DNA of 64,000 nt from an uncultured Elusimicrobia bacterium (GCA_963702895.1 OY969767.1:256001-320000), one strand, 5' to 3'; numbered from the stretch's first letter, positions 11,705-21,519 are shown. Notes: generated by a model not told the origin, from the letters alone. Translations and numbers: made by a program.

Positions 11705-12736
11705 ATGAGCACAAAAGTCGCGATCTTAACCGGCGGTGGTGATTGTCCTGGCCTCAATCCCGCAATCCGAGGTTGTGTCATGGCAGGCTTGGATATGGGA
11801 TTTGAATTTATCGGCATCTCGGAAGGCTGGCGGGGCCTGGTGGAAGGCAAGACCCAGCGTTTGGGTCTCGCTGATGTCAAAGAGATCATCGGCAAGGGGG
11901 GGACAATCCTCGGGACCTCACGCACGAACCCTTTTAAGAAAGAAGGCGCTGTGGAGAAGTGTTTGGCGACCTTCAAAAGGTTGAATCTTGATGCACTGGT
12001 GGCTTTGGGAGGCGAAGATACCCTCGGTGTCGCCGCGCGATTTTACAGGGAACATCAGATGCCGGTCGTCGGGGTGCCCAAGACCATGGACAATGATCTG
12101 GCGGCCACCGACTATACCTTCGGTTTTGATACCGCCACGACCATCGCGGTGGACGCCGTGGAACGGTTGCGCGATACAGGGCGCAGCCACAGGCGCATTA
12201 TGGTGCTTGAGGTCATGGGACGCCACGCCGGGTGGGTCGCGCTCTTTACCGCGGTCGCCTCTGCTGCGGACTGGGTGCTCCTGCCTGAGCGGAAAACGGA
12301 TGTCAAGGCCATGTGTAAGCATCTTCAAGAGGTCCACGCCCGCGACCAGGTCGCGATCGTGGTCACCTCAGAAGCTGTCGAACTTCCGGGTTTGAAGAAA
12401 GAGGGTGAAGAACTGGACCAGTTTGGGCACATGCTCCTCAAAAACCGTGGGCTCGGCGAAAAAGTCGCGGAGATCATCGAGAAAGAAACGGGGATTGAGA
12501 CCCGCTCGGCCGTGGTCGGTCACATTCAGCGCGGGGGGAGCCCCACCCTTTTTGACCGCATCCTGGGCACCAAGGTGGGCGTGAAGGCGGCGGAACTTGT
12601 TGCCAAAAAGAAGTTCGGCCAGATGGTGGCTCTTCATGGCAATGTGGTTGTGGATGTTTCTTTGGAAGAGGCGACGGCTGAACTTAAGACCGTGCCCCCG
12701 GAGTGGCTCAGGATGGCTGATATTTTCTTTAAATAA
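11705..12736 (+). CDS. pfkA: 6-phosphofructokinase (group III type)
   Basis: 'TGGGDCPGLN', 'GGEDT', 'PKTMDND', 'EVMGRHAGW'; RBS aggag. Confidence 0.93.
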   Translation: MSTKVAILTGGGDCPGLNPAIRGCVMAGLDMGFEFIGISEGWRGLVEGKTQRLGLADVKEIIGKGGTILGTSRTNPFKKEGAVEKCLATFKRLNLDALVALGGEDTLGVAARFYREHQMPVVGVPKTMDNDLAATDYTFGFDTATTIAVDAVERLRDTGRSHRRIMVLEVMGRHAGWVALFTAVASAADWVLLPERKTDVKAMCKHLQEVHARDQVAIVVTSEAVELPGLKKEGEELDQFGHMLLKNRGLGEKVAEIIEKETGIETRSAVVGHIQRGGSPTLFDRILGTKVGVKAAELVAKKKFGQMVALHGNVVVDVSLEEATAELKTVPPEWLRMADIFFK

Positions 12737-12787
12737 AATCTAAATTTCCCCTTTCAAAACAGAAGTTTTTCTGCTAAGGATACAAGC

Positions 12788-13855
12788 ATGCGTGGCTATG
12801 ATTTGTTAGCGGCGGCCGCCACCCAAAAAGCATCGGATGTGCATCTTGTCCCGGGGGCGCAGCCACTCTTACGAATAGAAGGTCAACTGATCCCTTTTGC
12901 CGGAAGCGCGGTCCTCACTTCCGATGAAGTCCAGCAATTTGTTCTGCCTCTTTTAACCGAACGGCAGCGACAACATCTGGGCAAAGATTTCTGCGTCGAT
13001 TTCTCCCTGGAAGTCAGCGGCATGCGTTACCGCGGCAATGTGCTTTTTCAAAAGAACGGTATCGAGGCTGTTTTCCGGCTGATCAACTCACAAATCCCCA
13101 CCGTCGAGGAACTGCTGCTGCCGGAAGCCGTCGCCGATTTTTCGACGTTGAAGAATGGCCTGGTGCTGGTGACCGGGACGACAGGTGCTGGAAAATCCAC
13201 GACCTTGGCTTGCCTGATCAACCTGATCAACGAAAAACGACGCGGCAATATCATCACGATCGAAGACCCCATTGAGTATGTGCACACGAATAAGAAATGC
13301 ATTATCAGTCAAAGGGAGATTGGCTTGCACGCGCCGGATTTTGCGACGGCGCTTCGTTATGTGATGCGGCAGGACCCCGATGTCGTGATGGTGGGGGAGA
13401 TGCGGGACCTCGAGACCATCTCAGCCGCCATCTCCGTCGCGGAGACAGGCCACCTCGTGTTTGCCACGCTTCACTCCAGCAACACGGTCCAGTCGATTGA
13501 TCGCATGATCGACATCTTCCCGGCCGAACAGCAACCCCAAATCAAGGCACAGTTGTCCAGCGTGCTGCGCGCTGTGGTCTCTCAGTTTCTCATCCCACGC
13601 ATCGGCGGCAAAGGCCTTGTGGCGGTGCGCGAGGTGATGATCGTCAACCCCGCCATACGAAATCTTATTCGAGGCTCCAAAATCCATGAAATCTATTCCG
13701 CGATCGAAATGGGCTATCGTGAGGGGATGGTGACGTTTCCTCGCGCCATTGCTGAACTGGTCAGCGAAGGGATCATCGATGCTCGTTATCTCAGCTCGTT
13801 TGATCAGAACCCTAGCCCCAGGCAGAGAAAGGGTCCTGCGGCATCCATGGCCTAA
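12788..13855 (+). CDS. pilT: Type IV pilus retraction ATPase PilT-like (copy 1)
   Basis: 'ASDVHL', Walker A GTTGAGKST, 'TIEDPIEY', 'AETGHLVFATLH', AIRNLIRG. Confidence 0.88.
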   Translation: MRGYDLLAAAATQKASDVHLVPGAQPLLRIEGQLIPFAGSAVLTSDEVQQFVLPLLTERQRQHLGKDFCVDFSLEVSGMRYRGNVLFQKNGIEAVFRLINSQIPTVEELLLPEAVADFSTLKNGLVLVTGTTGAGKSTTLACLINLINEKRRGNIITIEDPIEYVHTNKKCIISQREIGLHAPDFATALRYVMRQDPDVVMVGEMRDLETISAAISVAETGHLVFATLHSSNTVQSIDRMIDIFPAEQQPQIKAQLSSVLRAVVSQFLIPRIGGKGLVAVREVMIVNPAIRNLIRGSKIHEIYSAIEMGYREGMVTFPRAIAELVSEGIIDARYLSSFDQNPSPRQRKGPAASMA

Positions 13856-13921
13856 GAAGAAAACACACTTCGAGGAGATGGCCCCGCGGGGGGAGAGCGC
13901 GAGAAGAATCGGGGACACAGG

Positions 13922-14992
13922 ATGGAAATGATCGACATCTTAAAAGCCGTGGTGCAAAAAGGAGCCTCGGACCTTCATCTCGTTATTGGCCAGGCGCCGA
14001 TGATCCGCTACGACGGCGAACTGAAGCCCATGAGCGAGTTTCCTGTGCTTACGGCGGAAGAATCAAGGCGACTCATCTTCACGCTGCTTTCCGACGAGCA
14101 GCGCGCACATTTTGAGAAAGAGTGGGAGCTTGACTTCTCTGTGGCCGTGGGCGAGCTCGCGCGGTTTCGAACCAATGTGCTCATGCACAAGAATGGCGTG
14201 GAAGCCGTTTTGCGCGTCATCGCGAGCAAGATCCCGTCGGCAGAGGAACTGGGACTGTCTGCGGCCATCGCGGAGCTGGCGAATCTTCCCCGGGGACTGG
14301 TGCTTGTGACCGGCCCAACGGGTTCCGGGAAGTCGACGACCTTGTCTTGCCTTATTAACGTCATCAATCAAAGGCGGCATTGTCATATCTTGACGATCGA
14401 AGATCCTATCGAATTTGTCTATGAAAACAAAAATTCCATTATTCGTCAGAGAGAAATTGGACAACACTCCCATACGTTTGCCGCTTCCCTCAAGCACGCG
14501 CTACGGCAAGACCCGGACGTGGTGATGATTGGTGAAATGCGCGATTTGGAAACCATCGGAGCGGCCCTCACCATGGCGGAAACCGGGCACCTGGTTTTTG
14601 CCACCCTCCACACGACGGACGCCGCGCAAACAGTCGACCGCATTATTGATGTGTTTCCGGCGCACCAACAGCAGCAGGTGCGCATCCAGCTGAGCAGCGT
14701 CCTGAAAGCCGTCGTCTGTCAAACGCTCGTACCTCGGTTCAACGCCCAAGGAAGAGTCGCGGCCAGGGAAGTGATGATTGTCACGCAGGCGATTGCGAAC
14801 CTCATTCGCGAAGGCAAGACGCACCAGATCTACAGCGCCATTGACACGGGCTCGCGTGTGGGCATGATGAGTCTGGACAAGGCACTTTTGGACCTCGTCA
14901 GAAAGAACATGATCTCCATGGAGGATGCTCTGGGTAAAGCGAATCATCCAGAGTTTATACGGGGCTCGCCGCTCTCCACGGCGGCCTCTTAA
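13922..14992 (+). CDS. pilT: Type IV pilus retraction ATPase PilT-like (copy 2)
   Basis: 'ASDLHL', GPTGSGKST, 'LRQDPD', AIANLIREGK. Confidence 0.92.
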   Translation: MEMIDILKAVVQKGASDLHLVIGQAPMIRYDGELKPMSEFPVLTAEESRRLIFTLLSDEQRAHFEKEWELDFSVAVGELARFRTNVLMHKNGVEAVLRVIASKIPSAEELGLSAAIAELANLPRGLVLVTGPTGSGKSTTLSCLINVINQRRHCHILTIEDPIEFVYENKNSIIRQREIGQHSHTFAASLKHALRQDPDVVMIGEMRDLETIGAALTMAETGHLVFATLHTTDAAQTVDRIIDVFPAHQQQQVRIQLSSVLKAVVCQTLVPRFNAQGRVAAREVMIVTQAIANLIREGKTHQIYSAIDTGSRVGMMSLDKALLDLVRKNMISMEDALGKANHPEFIRGSPLSTAAS

Positions 14993-15005
14993 GAACGAGA
15001 AACGG

Positions 15006-15986
15006 ATGGCACGTGACATCATAGAGGGGCTCAAGGCACTGCAAGGGTTTAATATCCTTGCTGATCCTGTACTCGCCACCCTGGCCAGCTATGCCAAGGT
15101 GCGTTCCGTTCGAGCGTGTGAAACGGTGTTTTGTCAGGGAGAGCCGTCCCCCTACTTCTTTGGCGTACTCTCCGGCGAGGTGACGATTCAAAGAAGCTCG
15201 AAAGATAAACGATTTCAAAACAAAATCATCGGTATCGTGGGCCCTGGAGGTCTCTTCGGTGAGTCCGCGATCTTTGAAGACAGCCCGCGCGTGGCCATGG
15301 CTTCCGCCTCCAAAGACAGCGAGCTCTTGGTCGTCAAGGGAGTCCATTTTAGAGACTGGATGTGCAAGAACCCTCAAGAAGCCCAACCTCTCCTTTTGGC
15401 GTTGCTCAAGACCTCTCTGAGCCGTCTTCATCGCACCAATCTTGAGCTTTCTGTCGTCTATGGCATAGGGCGCGTGCTGGGCTCCAGCAAAGCTTTCCCC
15501 GAACAACTCATTTCCGTGTTGGACTTTATGAAGAGCTCTCTGGAAGGGCTTGATGACATCGTCGTGTATCAGCGCAACGCTTTTTGGGAGGAATTTGAGC
15601 CTCTCCAGAGCCTCCCACATCTGAAGAATCTGCCAGCTGTTCCTCTCAGCAATGAATTAATCCAGAAGGCGAGCACGCTCGGTGCGATATGGGCTTTTGA
15701 ACCAAAATCTTTTCCAATGCCTCTGGAGGCCTTTCGATTGGATTGGGGATCGCGGGCTTCTGTGGCCATTGTTCCTCTTTTAAATTGGGAGAAAGCCGCC
15801 GCTTCTCTGCAAGGGCTTTTACTGATGGCAAGCAAACACAATGCCGGTTATTTCCATGCCGAGAAGCAGCTCCTTTACACATCCGTAGCGCGGCAATTTT
15901 CCGAGGCCCTCTCTCGCTATGAGCGCTTCCAGGAGCTCGAGGCGCAGTCCCGCCTCCAGCATTCCAAGCAGTCTTTTCAGCCATAA
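15006..15986 (+). CDS. Cyclic-nucleotide-binding domain protein with GAF-like C-terminal half
   Basis: 'FCQGE', 'FGESAIFEDSPRVAMA' cNMP signature; C-terminal 'AIVPL...GLLLMAS...F' GAF-like; no HTH. Confidence 0.7.
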   Translation: MARDIIEGLKALQGFNILADPVLATLASYAKVRSVRACETVFCQGEPSPYFFGVLSGEVTIQRSSKDKRFQNKIIGIVGPGGLFGESAIFEDSPRVAMASASKDSELLVVKGVHFRDWMCKNPQEAQPLLLALLKTSLSRLHRTNLELSVVYGIGRVLGSSKAFPEQLISVLDFMKSSLEGLDDIVVYQRNAFWEEFEPLQSLPHLKNLPAVPLSNELIQKASTLGAIWAFEPKSFPMPLEAFRLDWGSRASVAIVPLLNWEKAAASLQGLLLMASKHNAGYFHAEKQLLYTSVARQFSEALSRYERFQELEAQSRLQHSKQSFQP

Positions 15987-16023
15987 TTTCAAGCTAGACT
16001 ATTCTCAGACCCTCAAAACAATT

Positions 16024-16045
16024 GGGCCTATCGGCCCTTCTTTTT
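16024..16045 (+). terminator. Probable intrinsic terminator
   Basis: gggcc-tatc-ggccc stem-loop followed by ttcttttt after the cNMP gene. Confidence 0.5.
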
Positions 16046-16096
16046 AGAGCCTTTTGGTTTATTGCTCAAATTCTCGCTATGAAATAAGCTGTTCGT

Positions 16097-17152
16097 ATGC
16101 GCGTTAAGACCCGAGCACTTCCCGGTATGTTCTTGCTCGCTTCCCTCTTCCTTCCCGTCGTCATGTACGGTCGATCGGGAGTGACGGACCTCTCTTCTGT
16201 TCAGAAAAAGATCGGTGTTCCAAAAACAATGGCCCGAGTCGTTGACGCGTCATGGGACAGTCCGGAGACTCCTCGTATCTCAGGGGGTCTCTACGGCCCT
16301 CAAGGGACCTATGTTCTTCCGAGTACGGGGCGGATGCCCGATCTGATTCTCATTCAGGACGTTCACAGAAACCCAGAAGTCCAATCACGGATTGCCGCCT
16401 TGGTGTTGCATGGCTATAAACACTGGGGGGTGAATAAGGTGTTTGTGGAGGGTGCGGTGACATCTTTGGACTTGTCGCTTTTCCATCGCATTCCCAAGAA
16501 GGTCCTACCAGCGCTGACGCGTCGCTTGGTTTATGATGCCGATCTCTCGGGTCCGGAACTGGCAGCCGTCCAGATCCTGGAAAAGGAATGGAGCAACCCT
16601 CCCTTGTCGCCGTTTCAGGTCCACGGTTTGGAAGACCCAGAACTCTACAGGCAAAATGTCCTGGCCTATCAGGCCGTGGTGCAAAGTCGTGATCGGGCCT
16701 TAGAGGACATCGCGCTTCTTCACGAGCAACGGAAGGCAGTCGGCTATCCCAGTACGGGGGCTGGGGAGCAGGGGCTTCGCCTCCTCGAAAGGCTCTTGCG
16801 CCTCAAACTCACCCCCCAGGAATATGAAATCTTTCTCATGTATAAGGACATCGCTCCTTCAACACCGAATTTGAACAAGGCGGTCCGTGCGGCGCTGCGC
16901 TATTATCATTTGGCAAGGTTGCGCAGCGGCGCTTTTATAGAGAACACCTTCGGCAAGGTCCCCGCCTCGAAGGCGCCCCGTATGGTGGTGGTGGGTGGCT
17001 TCCATACCGAGGATATGGCACGCTACCTGCGCCATGAGGGTCGGTCCTTTATCATTCTGTCTCCTGTGGTGAGCCCGGTGCCGCAGAATTCCCTCTACGA
17101 GCAGCGCATGCAGGAGACCGTCTTGGCTGTGACCGAGACCCTTTCACCCTAA
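16097..17152 (+). CDS. Exported hypothetical protein with IQDVH/VEGA/GGFH motifs (possible ChaN/TraB/EreA-like fold)
   Basis: Signal/TM segment; spaced His, Glu and His motifs. Confidence 0.55.
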   Translation: MRVKTRALPGMFLLASLFLPVVMYGRSGVTDLSSVQKKIGVPKTMARVVDASWDSPETPRISGGLYGPQGTYVLPSTGRMPDLILIQDVHRNPEVQSRIAALVLHGYKHWGVNKVFVEGAVTSLDLSLFHRIPKKVLPALTRRLVYDADLSGPELAAVQILEKEWSNPPLSPFQVHGLEDPELYRQNVLAYQAVVQSRDRALEDIALLHEQRKAVGYPSTGAGEQGLRLLERLLRLKLTPQEYEIFLMYKDIAPSTPNLNKAVRAALRYYHLARLRSGAFIENTFGKVPASKAPRMVVVGGFHTEDMARYLRHEGRSFIILSPVVSPVPQNSLYEQRMQETVLAVTETLSP

Positions 17153-17192
17153 CCACGCTGACTTGTAGTACGATACCTTTGCGGTGTCGCCG

Positions 17193-18089
17193 ATGAAAAT
17201 TCTGATTTCCGGATCAACCGGTCTCGTAGGGACAGCGCTGACACCCTACCTGGCTTCCAAAGGGCACCTCCTTCACACGTTAATCCGCACGACGCCCCTC
17301 CACCCCTCCCAAGCCCGCTGGAACCCTCCTCAGACAGGCCCATCCGCAGAAGCGCTTGAGGGGGTCGAGGCTGTTATTCATTTGGCCGGTGAAAATATCG
17401 CTTCGGGTCGTTGGACGCAATCGCGCAAACACGCTCTTCGTGCAAGCCGGATCCTGGGCACGCGACTCTTGGTCGAAGCGATCTTAAAGGCCCCAAAACT
17501 GCCGCGCGTCTTTCTGGGGGCCTCGGCCATTGGTTATTACGGTGAACGAGGCGACGAGACGCTTCAAGAAGACAGCCCGCCTGGGAAGGGGTTTCTCCCG
17601 GAGCTCTGCCAAGCGTGGGAGTCCGAGGTGGCGCCACTGGTCCATCGAGGGGTGCGGGTGGTGAATTTGCGTTTTGGGATCGTGCTCTCAACCAAGGGCG
17701 GGGCGCTTGCCAGGATGCTGCTCCCTTTCCGAATGGGGCTGGGCGGCGCTATAGGTTCCGGGAAGCAATACATGAGCTGGATCGCTGTGGACGATGTTTT
17801 GGGGATCATCGCGTTTTTGCTGGAAACCCCCTCCGTACGCGGTCCCGTCAATGCTGTGTCGCCTCAGCCGGTGACCAACAGGGAGTACACGCAAGTCTTA
17901 GGGAAAGTCTTGCGTCGTCCCACCCTCTTGCCGGTGCCAGCCATGGTCGCGCGACTGGCTCTTGGTGAAATGGCGGAGGCGCTCCTTTTGGCCAGCACGC
18001 GAGCGGTGCCCGGCGTTCTTCTGCGGTCGGGGTATCATTTCCAGTGGGCAGACCTTGAGACGGCCCTCCACCACCTCTTACACCAATAG
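17193..18089 (+). CDS. TIGR01777-family NAD-dependent epimerase (YfcH-like)
   Basis: 'ISGSTGLVG', 'HLAGENI', 'SAIGYYG', 'GSGKQYMSWI'. Confidence 0.92.
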   Translation: MKILISGSTGLVGTALTPYLASKGHLLHTLIRTTPLHPSQARWNPPQTGPSAEALEGVEAVIHLAGENIASGRWTQSRKHALRASRILGTRLLVEAILKAPKLPRVFLGASAIGYYGERGDETLQEDSPPGKGFLPELCQAWESEVAPLVHRGVRVVNLRFGIVLSTKGGALARMLLPFRMGLGGAIGSGKQYMSWIAVDDVLGIIAFLLETPSVRGPVNAVSPQPVTNREYTQVLGKVLRRPTLLPVPAMVARLALGEMAEALLLASTRAVPGVLLRSGYHFQWADLETALHHLLHQ

Positions 18090-18146
18090 GGGAGATCCCC
18101 TGGCCGTACCCTTGCCGTCCTCCAGGATTTATTAGAATAAACGCGT

Positions 18147-18431
18147 ATGCCAACGATCCTGGAGTTCCTTCTGGTCGGGTTGGCGGCGGGTTGGATTATG
18201 GGGAAGGTCCGCCACCGGAAAGGCAAGGGCTATGGGCTGATCAAGAGCCTCGTGATCGGCACGATTGGCTCTCTGATCGGTTTTTTCCTCATGGGTTTCT
18301 TTAAGGTTGAGTCTCCCAATATTCTCACCAAAATCGCGATGGCCGTGATGGGGACAGCTTTCTTTTTCTTCATCGTGGGTCTCCTCCGAGGGACAAAGAA
18401 GAAGAAATCTGAAGATGAGGAAGAAGCATGA
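18147..18431 (+). CDS. GlsB/YeaQ/YmgE-family small membrane protein
   Basis: 'LVGLAAGWI...GYGLIKSLVIGTIGSLIG', three TMs. Confidence 0.75.
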   Translation: MPTILEFLLVGLAAGWIMGKVRHRKGKGYGLIKSLVIGTIGSLIGFFLMGFFKVESPNILTKIAMAVMGTAFFFFIVGLLRGTKKKKSEDEEEA

Positions 18432-18853
18432 TCATGATACTCTCTGTTCTTCTCGGGCTTGTGTTGTTGGTCCCTGCCTGTTCGAAATCGCCGGATCCCG
18501 CCAGCCATTCTGAAAACGGACCGCTTTCCAGCCAGGCTCAGACCACCAAAGCTTCCTATGTCCAAAAAACAAATCAAGAACTTCAAGAATGGTCCTTCAA
18601 AGTCAAGTCCTTGGAGGAGCGTTCCAGAAGCGGCGGGGCTAAGACTCGAAATGAGCTGGACCATTATGTTCGTAAGGCCAAGGAGAATCTGGCTGATCTC
18701 AAGAAGAGCCTTCAGGCGCTCGCTGAGTCCACCGAAGGCGCTTGGGAGCCTTTGCAGCGGGGCCTGGAAGAAACTCTTGAAAAGCTCAAGCGGAACTACG
18801 AGAAGGCCATCTCCTATTTTGATAAGAGCGATCCAGCCAAGCCTGGACTATAG
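18428..18853 (+). CDS. Coiled-coil lipoprotein
   Basis: Lipobox 'VPAC', helical body with 'AWEPLQRGLEE'. Confidence 0.65.
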   Translation: MIMILSVLLGLVLLVPACSKSPDPASHSENGPLSSQAQTTKASYVQKTNQELQEWSFKVKSLEERSRSGGAKTRNELDHYVRKAKENLADLKKSLQALAESTEGAWEPLQRGLEETLEKLKRNYEKAISYFDKSDPAKPGL

Positions 18854-18983
18854 AAAGACCCGTGAAGCAACCCGCTCTCTCTTTCATTCTCGTTCTAAGC
18901 CTGCTTGTGCCAGGCGCCACTGCGATGGTGGTAGCGGGAGGTCCTTACAACCCACGGTCAGCGCCTCATCCCGTCAACCCATA

Positions 18984-20471
18984 ATGCGCGATTTTCCGGT
19001 CTTGAGCCGGCTCTTTCTTGTCCTCCTCTTTCCTTGCGCACCGCTTCTCTTAGAGGCCGCAACCACGGTGACCGTGAGTGGTCGGCAACTCCTCGTCGAC
19101 GGTCAGGCCTTCACCGTTCAAGGTGTCAACTACTCTCCGACTCCTGTCGGATCAACCGCGGGCAGCCCGAGCGCCTTGTGCTCGGGTCCTTACCAATGGT
19201 GGACGGACCAAGCGATCTATAACTCGGATTTTCCCCTCATCAAGCGCATGGGCGCCAATACGATACGCGCCTACGGCATCCTCAATGACACCTCCGGGAC
19301 CGCGGTGCTGCAGGTTCGGGCGATGCTCGACGTGGCTGCAGCGCAGGGCCTCTATGTGATCATGAATTACTATGCCAGCCATTTCGTGGACCCTTCTGTG
19401 CCCGCCCAGCAGGCGGCTTGGCAGACGGATTTCGTGAATGCCGTGAACGCTTACAAGGACCATCCCGCGGTCCTGATCTGGGAGTTCGCCAACGAAAACA
19501 ACCTCGACAACGGACAATTCGCGGGCTGGTATCCCATGGTGCAGACGATCGCCACCGCCGCCAAAGCCGCAGACGCCAACCACCCGATTATGACGGTCGA
19601 AGGCGAGACCGCCACGATCAACTACACCATCGGATCGGCCGCGCGCTCCGCGGATGACGCCAGCATGACGAGCCTTGACCTGTGGGGAGTCAACGCTTAC
19701 CGGGGCCCGACTTTCCAAGGTCTCTTTGAGTCCTTGGCGCTCGAGACCTCGAAGCCCATTCTGGTCACAGAGTTTGGGAAGGACGCCTATCTGGACGCTA
19801 GCGCGCAGGAAAGCCAATCGATGCAAGCCTCTCACTTGAGCGCCCAATGGCAGGAAATTTCTTCCCGCCTTTCCGCGTCGGATGCCGTCCAGCCCCTGGC
19901 CGGGGGGGTTGTCTTCGAGTGGACGGATGAGTGGTGGAAAGACCCGGGAGCCCCTTCCTGCCGGACTCATGATACAGCGGTTCTCTTTACACGCCCGCAA
20001 GATACCGAAGACCCATCCTATAACGAGGAATGGTTCGGGCTTGCTGCGGTGAGCCCTGTCAGCGTGATCTCGAATCCCGCAGGCAAAGCGAGGACACTCC
20101 GCACCAGTTACAGCACGATGCAGAGCTTCTGGAACCCTTCCGCGGCACAGGCGACGGGGTCCTCCAACCGTTATTTCAGCGATACGGTACGGAATTATCC
20201 CAATCCTTTTCGGCCGGGGGCGGAGTCCACGAGGTTTGTCATCCTGGCCAACGTTGCGGGCACCGTTAGCCTAAGCATCTATGACGCGGGCGGGCAATTT
20301 GTGACCTCCTTTAAGGTGGGCGTGACGCCTCCAGCCCGAACGGAAGTGTTTTGGGATGGGCGCAACAGCCAGGGGGCCGAGGTCAGCTCGGGCCTGTATC
20401 TGGTGCGAATCGAGGGGGAAGGATCCGGCCGCCGTGAGACCCAGTTCCGGAAAGTCGTGGCGGTCAAATGA
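18984..20471 (+). CDS. Secreted GH-A clan (GH2-like TIM barrel) glycoside hydrolase with C-terminal FlgD-Ig/CTD-like domain
   Basis: Signal peptide from ATG 18984; 'GANTIRAY', acid/base 'ANE', nucleophile 'VTEFG'; C-terminal 'NYPNPF...WDGRN...SGLYLVRI'. Confidence 0.8.
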   Translation: MRDFPVLSRLFLVLLFPCAPLLLEAATTVTVSGRQLLVDGQAFTVQGVNYSPTPVGSTAGSPSALCSGPYQWWTDQAIYNSDFPLIKRMGANTIRAYGILNDTSGTAVLQVRAMLDVAAAQGLYVIMNYYASHFVDPSVPAQQAAWQTDFVNAVNAYKDHPAVLIWEFANENNLDNGQFAGWYPMVQTIATAAKAADANHPIMTVEGETATINYTIGSAARSADDASMTSLDLWGVNAYRGPTFQGLFESLALETSKPILVTEFGKDAYLDASAQESQSMQASHLSAQWQEISSRLSASDAVQPLAGGVVFEWTDEWWKDPGAPSCRTHDTAVLFTRPQDTEDPSYNEEWFGLAAVSPVSVISNPAGKARTLRTSYSTMQSFWNPSAAQATGSSNRYFSDTVRNYPNPFRPGAESTRFVILANVAGTVSLSIYDAGGQFVTSFKVGVTPPARTEVFWDGRNSQGAEVSSGLYLVRIEGEGSGRRETQFRKVVAVK

Positions 20472-21514
20472 GGTCTGTGTCGGAGTATCGGTGTGACGGA
20501 GTAACGGGGTCACAGCCCAAAGACGTATCGGCGCATCGGAGTATCGGTGTCATGATGTCGTGGCTGTTTCGCCGATACCCCGATACCCCGATACCCCGTT
20601 ACTGCCTCATAGCGCTCTTCGCCCTTCTCCCTTCGAACGCGGCGCACGCTTCGGGCGAAGCGGACGCCTTCGCGCTGCCGGGAGTGGGGGCTCGCCAGGG
20701 AGGCATGGGCGGTGCCTTTGTTGGTCTTTCGGATGACATTGAGGCGATCTATTACAACCCGGCGGGGCTTGGCAATCTCATTCAGTCAGGAGTCACGGGC
20801 ATGTATCAGCCGGCGTCGCTGGGCACGACACGAAGCTTTCTGGGATTCAGCCAGCGGTGGGCCCATCCGCGCTTGCCGGGCAGTGTGGGCTTCGGATGGC
20901 TTCGCATGGGGTCGGCGGATATCGAGCTCACCGACACAGATGAGAATGTCTTAGGGACAGATCAGTTGTCGAATGACCTCTTTTTGTTGAGCGCTGGGGT
21001 GCGGCCCTTCCTGCATTGGTCGTTTGGCCTTTCCTTGAAGTATTTCCGCTTCGCGTTTAACGATTTTAAGGAGTCCGGCTTTGGTGTGGACCTTGGAACG
21101 CACGCACAGTATCGTCCTTTTCGTTTCGGCGTAGTCCTGAGCGATCTGGGAGGGACGAAACTTTCCGGAGACTCGATCAGTCCTTCTGGAGGAACGGTCG
21201 GTGATGTCGTCCCGCCACGTCTAAAGACAGGAGTGGGGGCTGTGTTCCCTCAGCCCTTCAACTGGCCGCTCACGATGGTAATGGATCTGGATACGCACCT
21301 CAAGCTTCGCGGTAGCCAGGACACGAAAACGTCCCTGGGTATGGAAGTATGGACGTACAACGATCACATCGCCGCCCGTACGGGCTACCAGGAATCCGGC
21401 GGCCCCACCCTGGGCTTTGGCGCGCGCTGGGGGCAGTTCCAGATCGATTATTCGTTCCTGTTCAGCCTCAACCTCAAGGATGAACACCGCATGGGCCTCA
21501 CCTACCGCTATTAA
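20468..21514 (+). CDS. PorV/FadL-like outer-membrane beta-barrel
   Basis: 'GVGARQGGMGGAFVGLSDD..AIYYNPAGL', C-terminal 'HRMGLTYRY'; start uncertain because the N-terminus is repeat-derived. Confidence 0.8.
   Translation: MRSVSEYRCDGVTGSQPKDVSAHRSIGVMMSWLFRRYPDTPIPRYCLIALFALLPSNAAHASGEADAFALPGVGARQGGMGGAFVGLSDDIEAIYYNPAGLGNLIQSGVTGMYQPASLGTTRSFLGFSQRWAHPRLPGSVGFGWLRMGSADIELTDTDENVLGTDQLSNDLFLLSAGVRPFLHWSFGLSLKYFRFAFNDFKESGFGVDLGTHAQYRPFRFGVVLSDLGGTKLSGDSISPSGGTVGDVVPPRLKTGVGAVFPQPFNWPLTMVMDLDTHLKLRGSQDTKTSLGMEVWTYNDHIAARTGYQESGGPTLGFGARWGQFQIDYSFLFSLNLKDEHRMGLTYRY
20477..20602. repeat. Octamer-array palindrome (GTATCGGN units followed by NCCGATAC units)
   Basis: Seven GTRWCGGN-like octamers followed by four inverse octamers (gccgatac cccgatac cccgatac cccgttac). 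Confidence 0.75.
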
Positions 21515-21519
21515 AGCAA

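Noticed and set aside
18459..18983. 175-codon upstream extension of the GH ORF overlapping the lipoprotein gene
   Set aside because: A good signal peptide starts at ATG 18984; the extension is low-information sequence and open frames are common at this GC content
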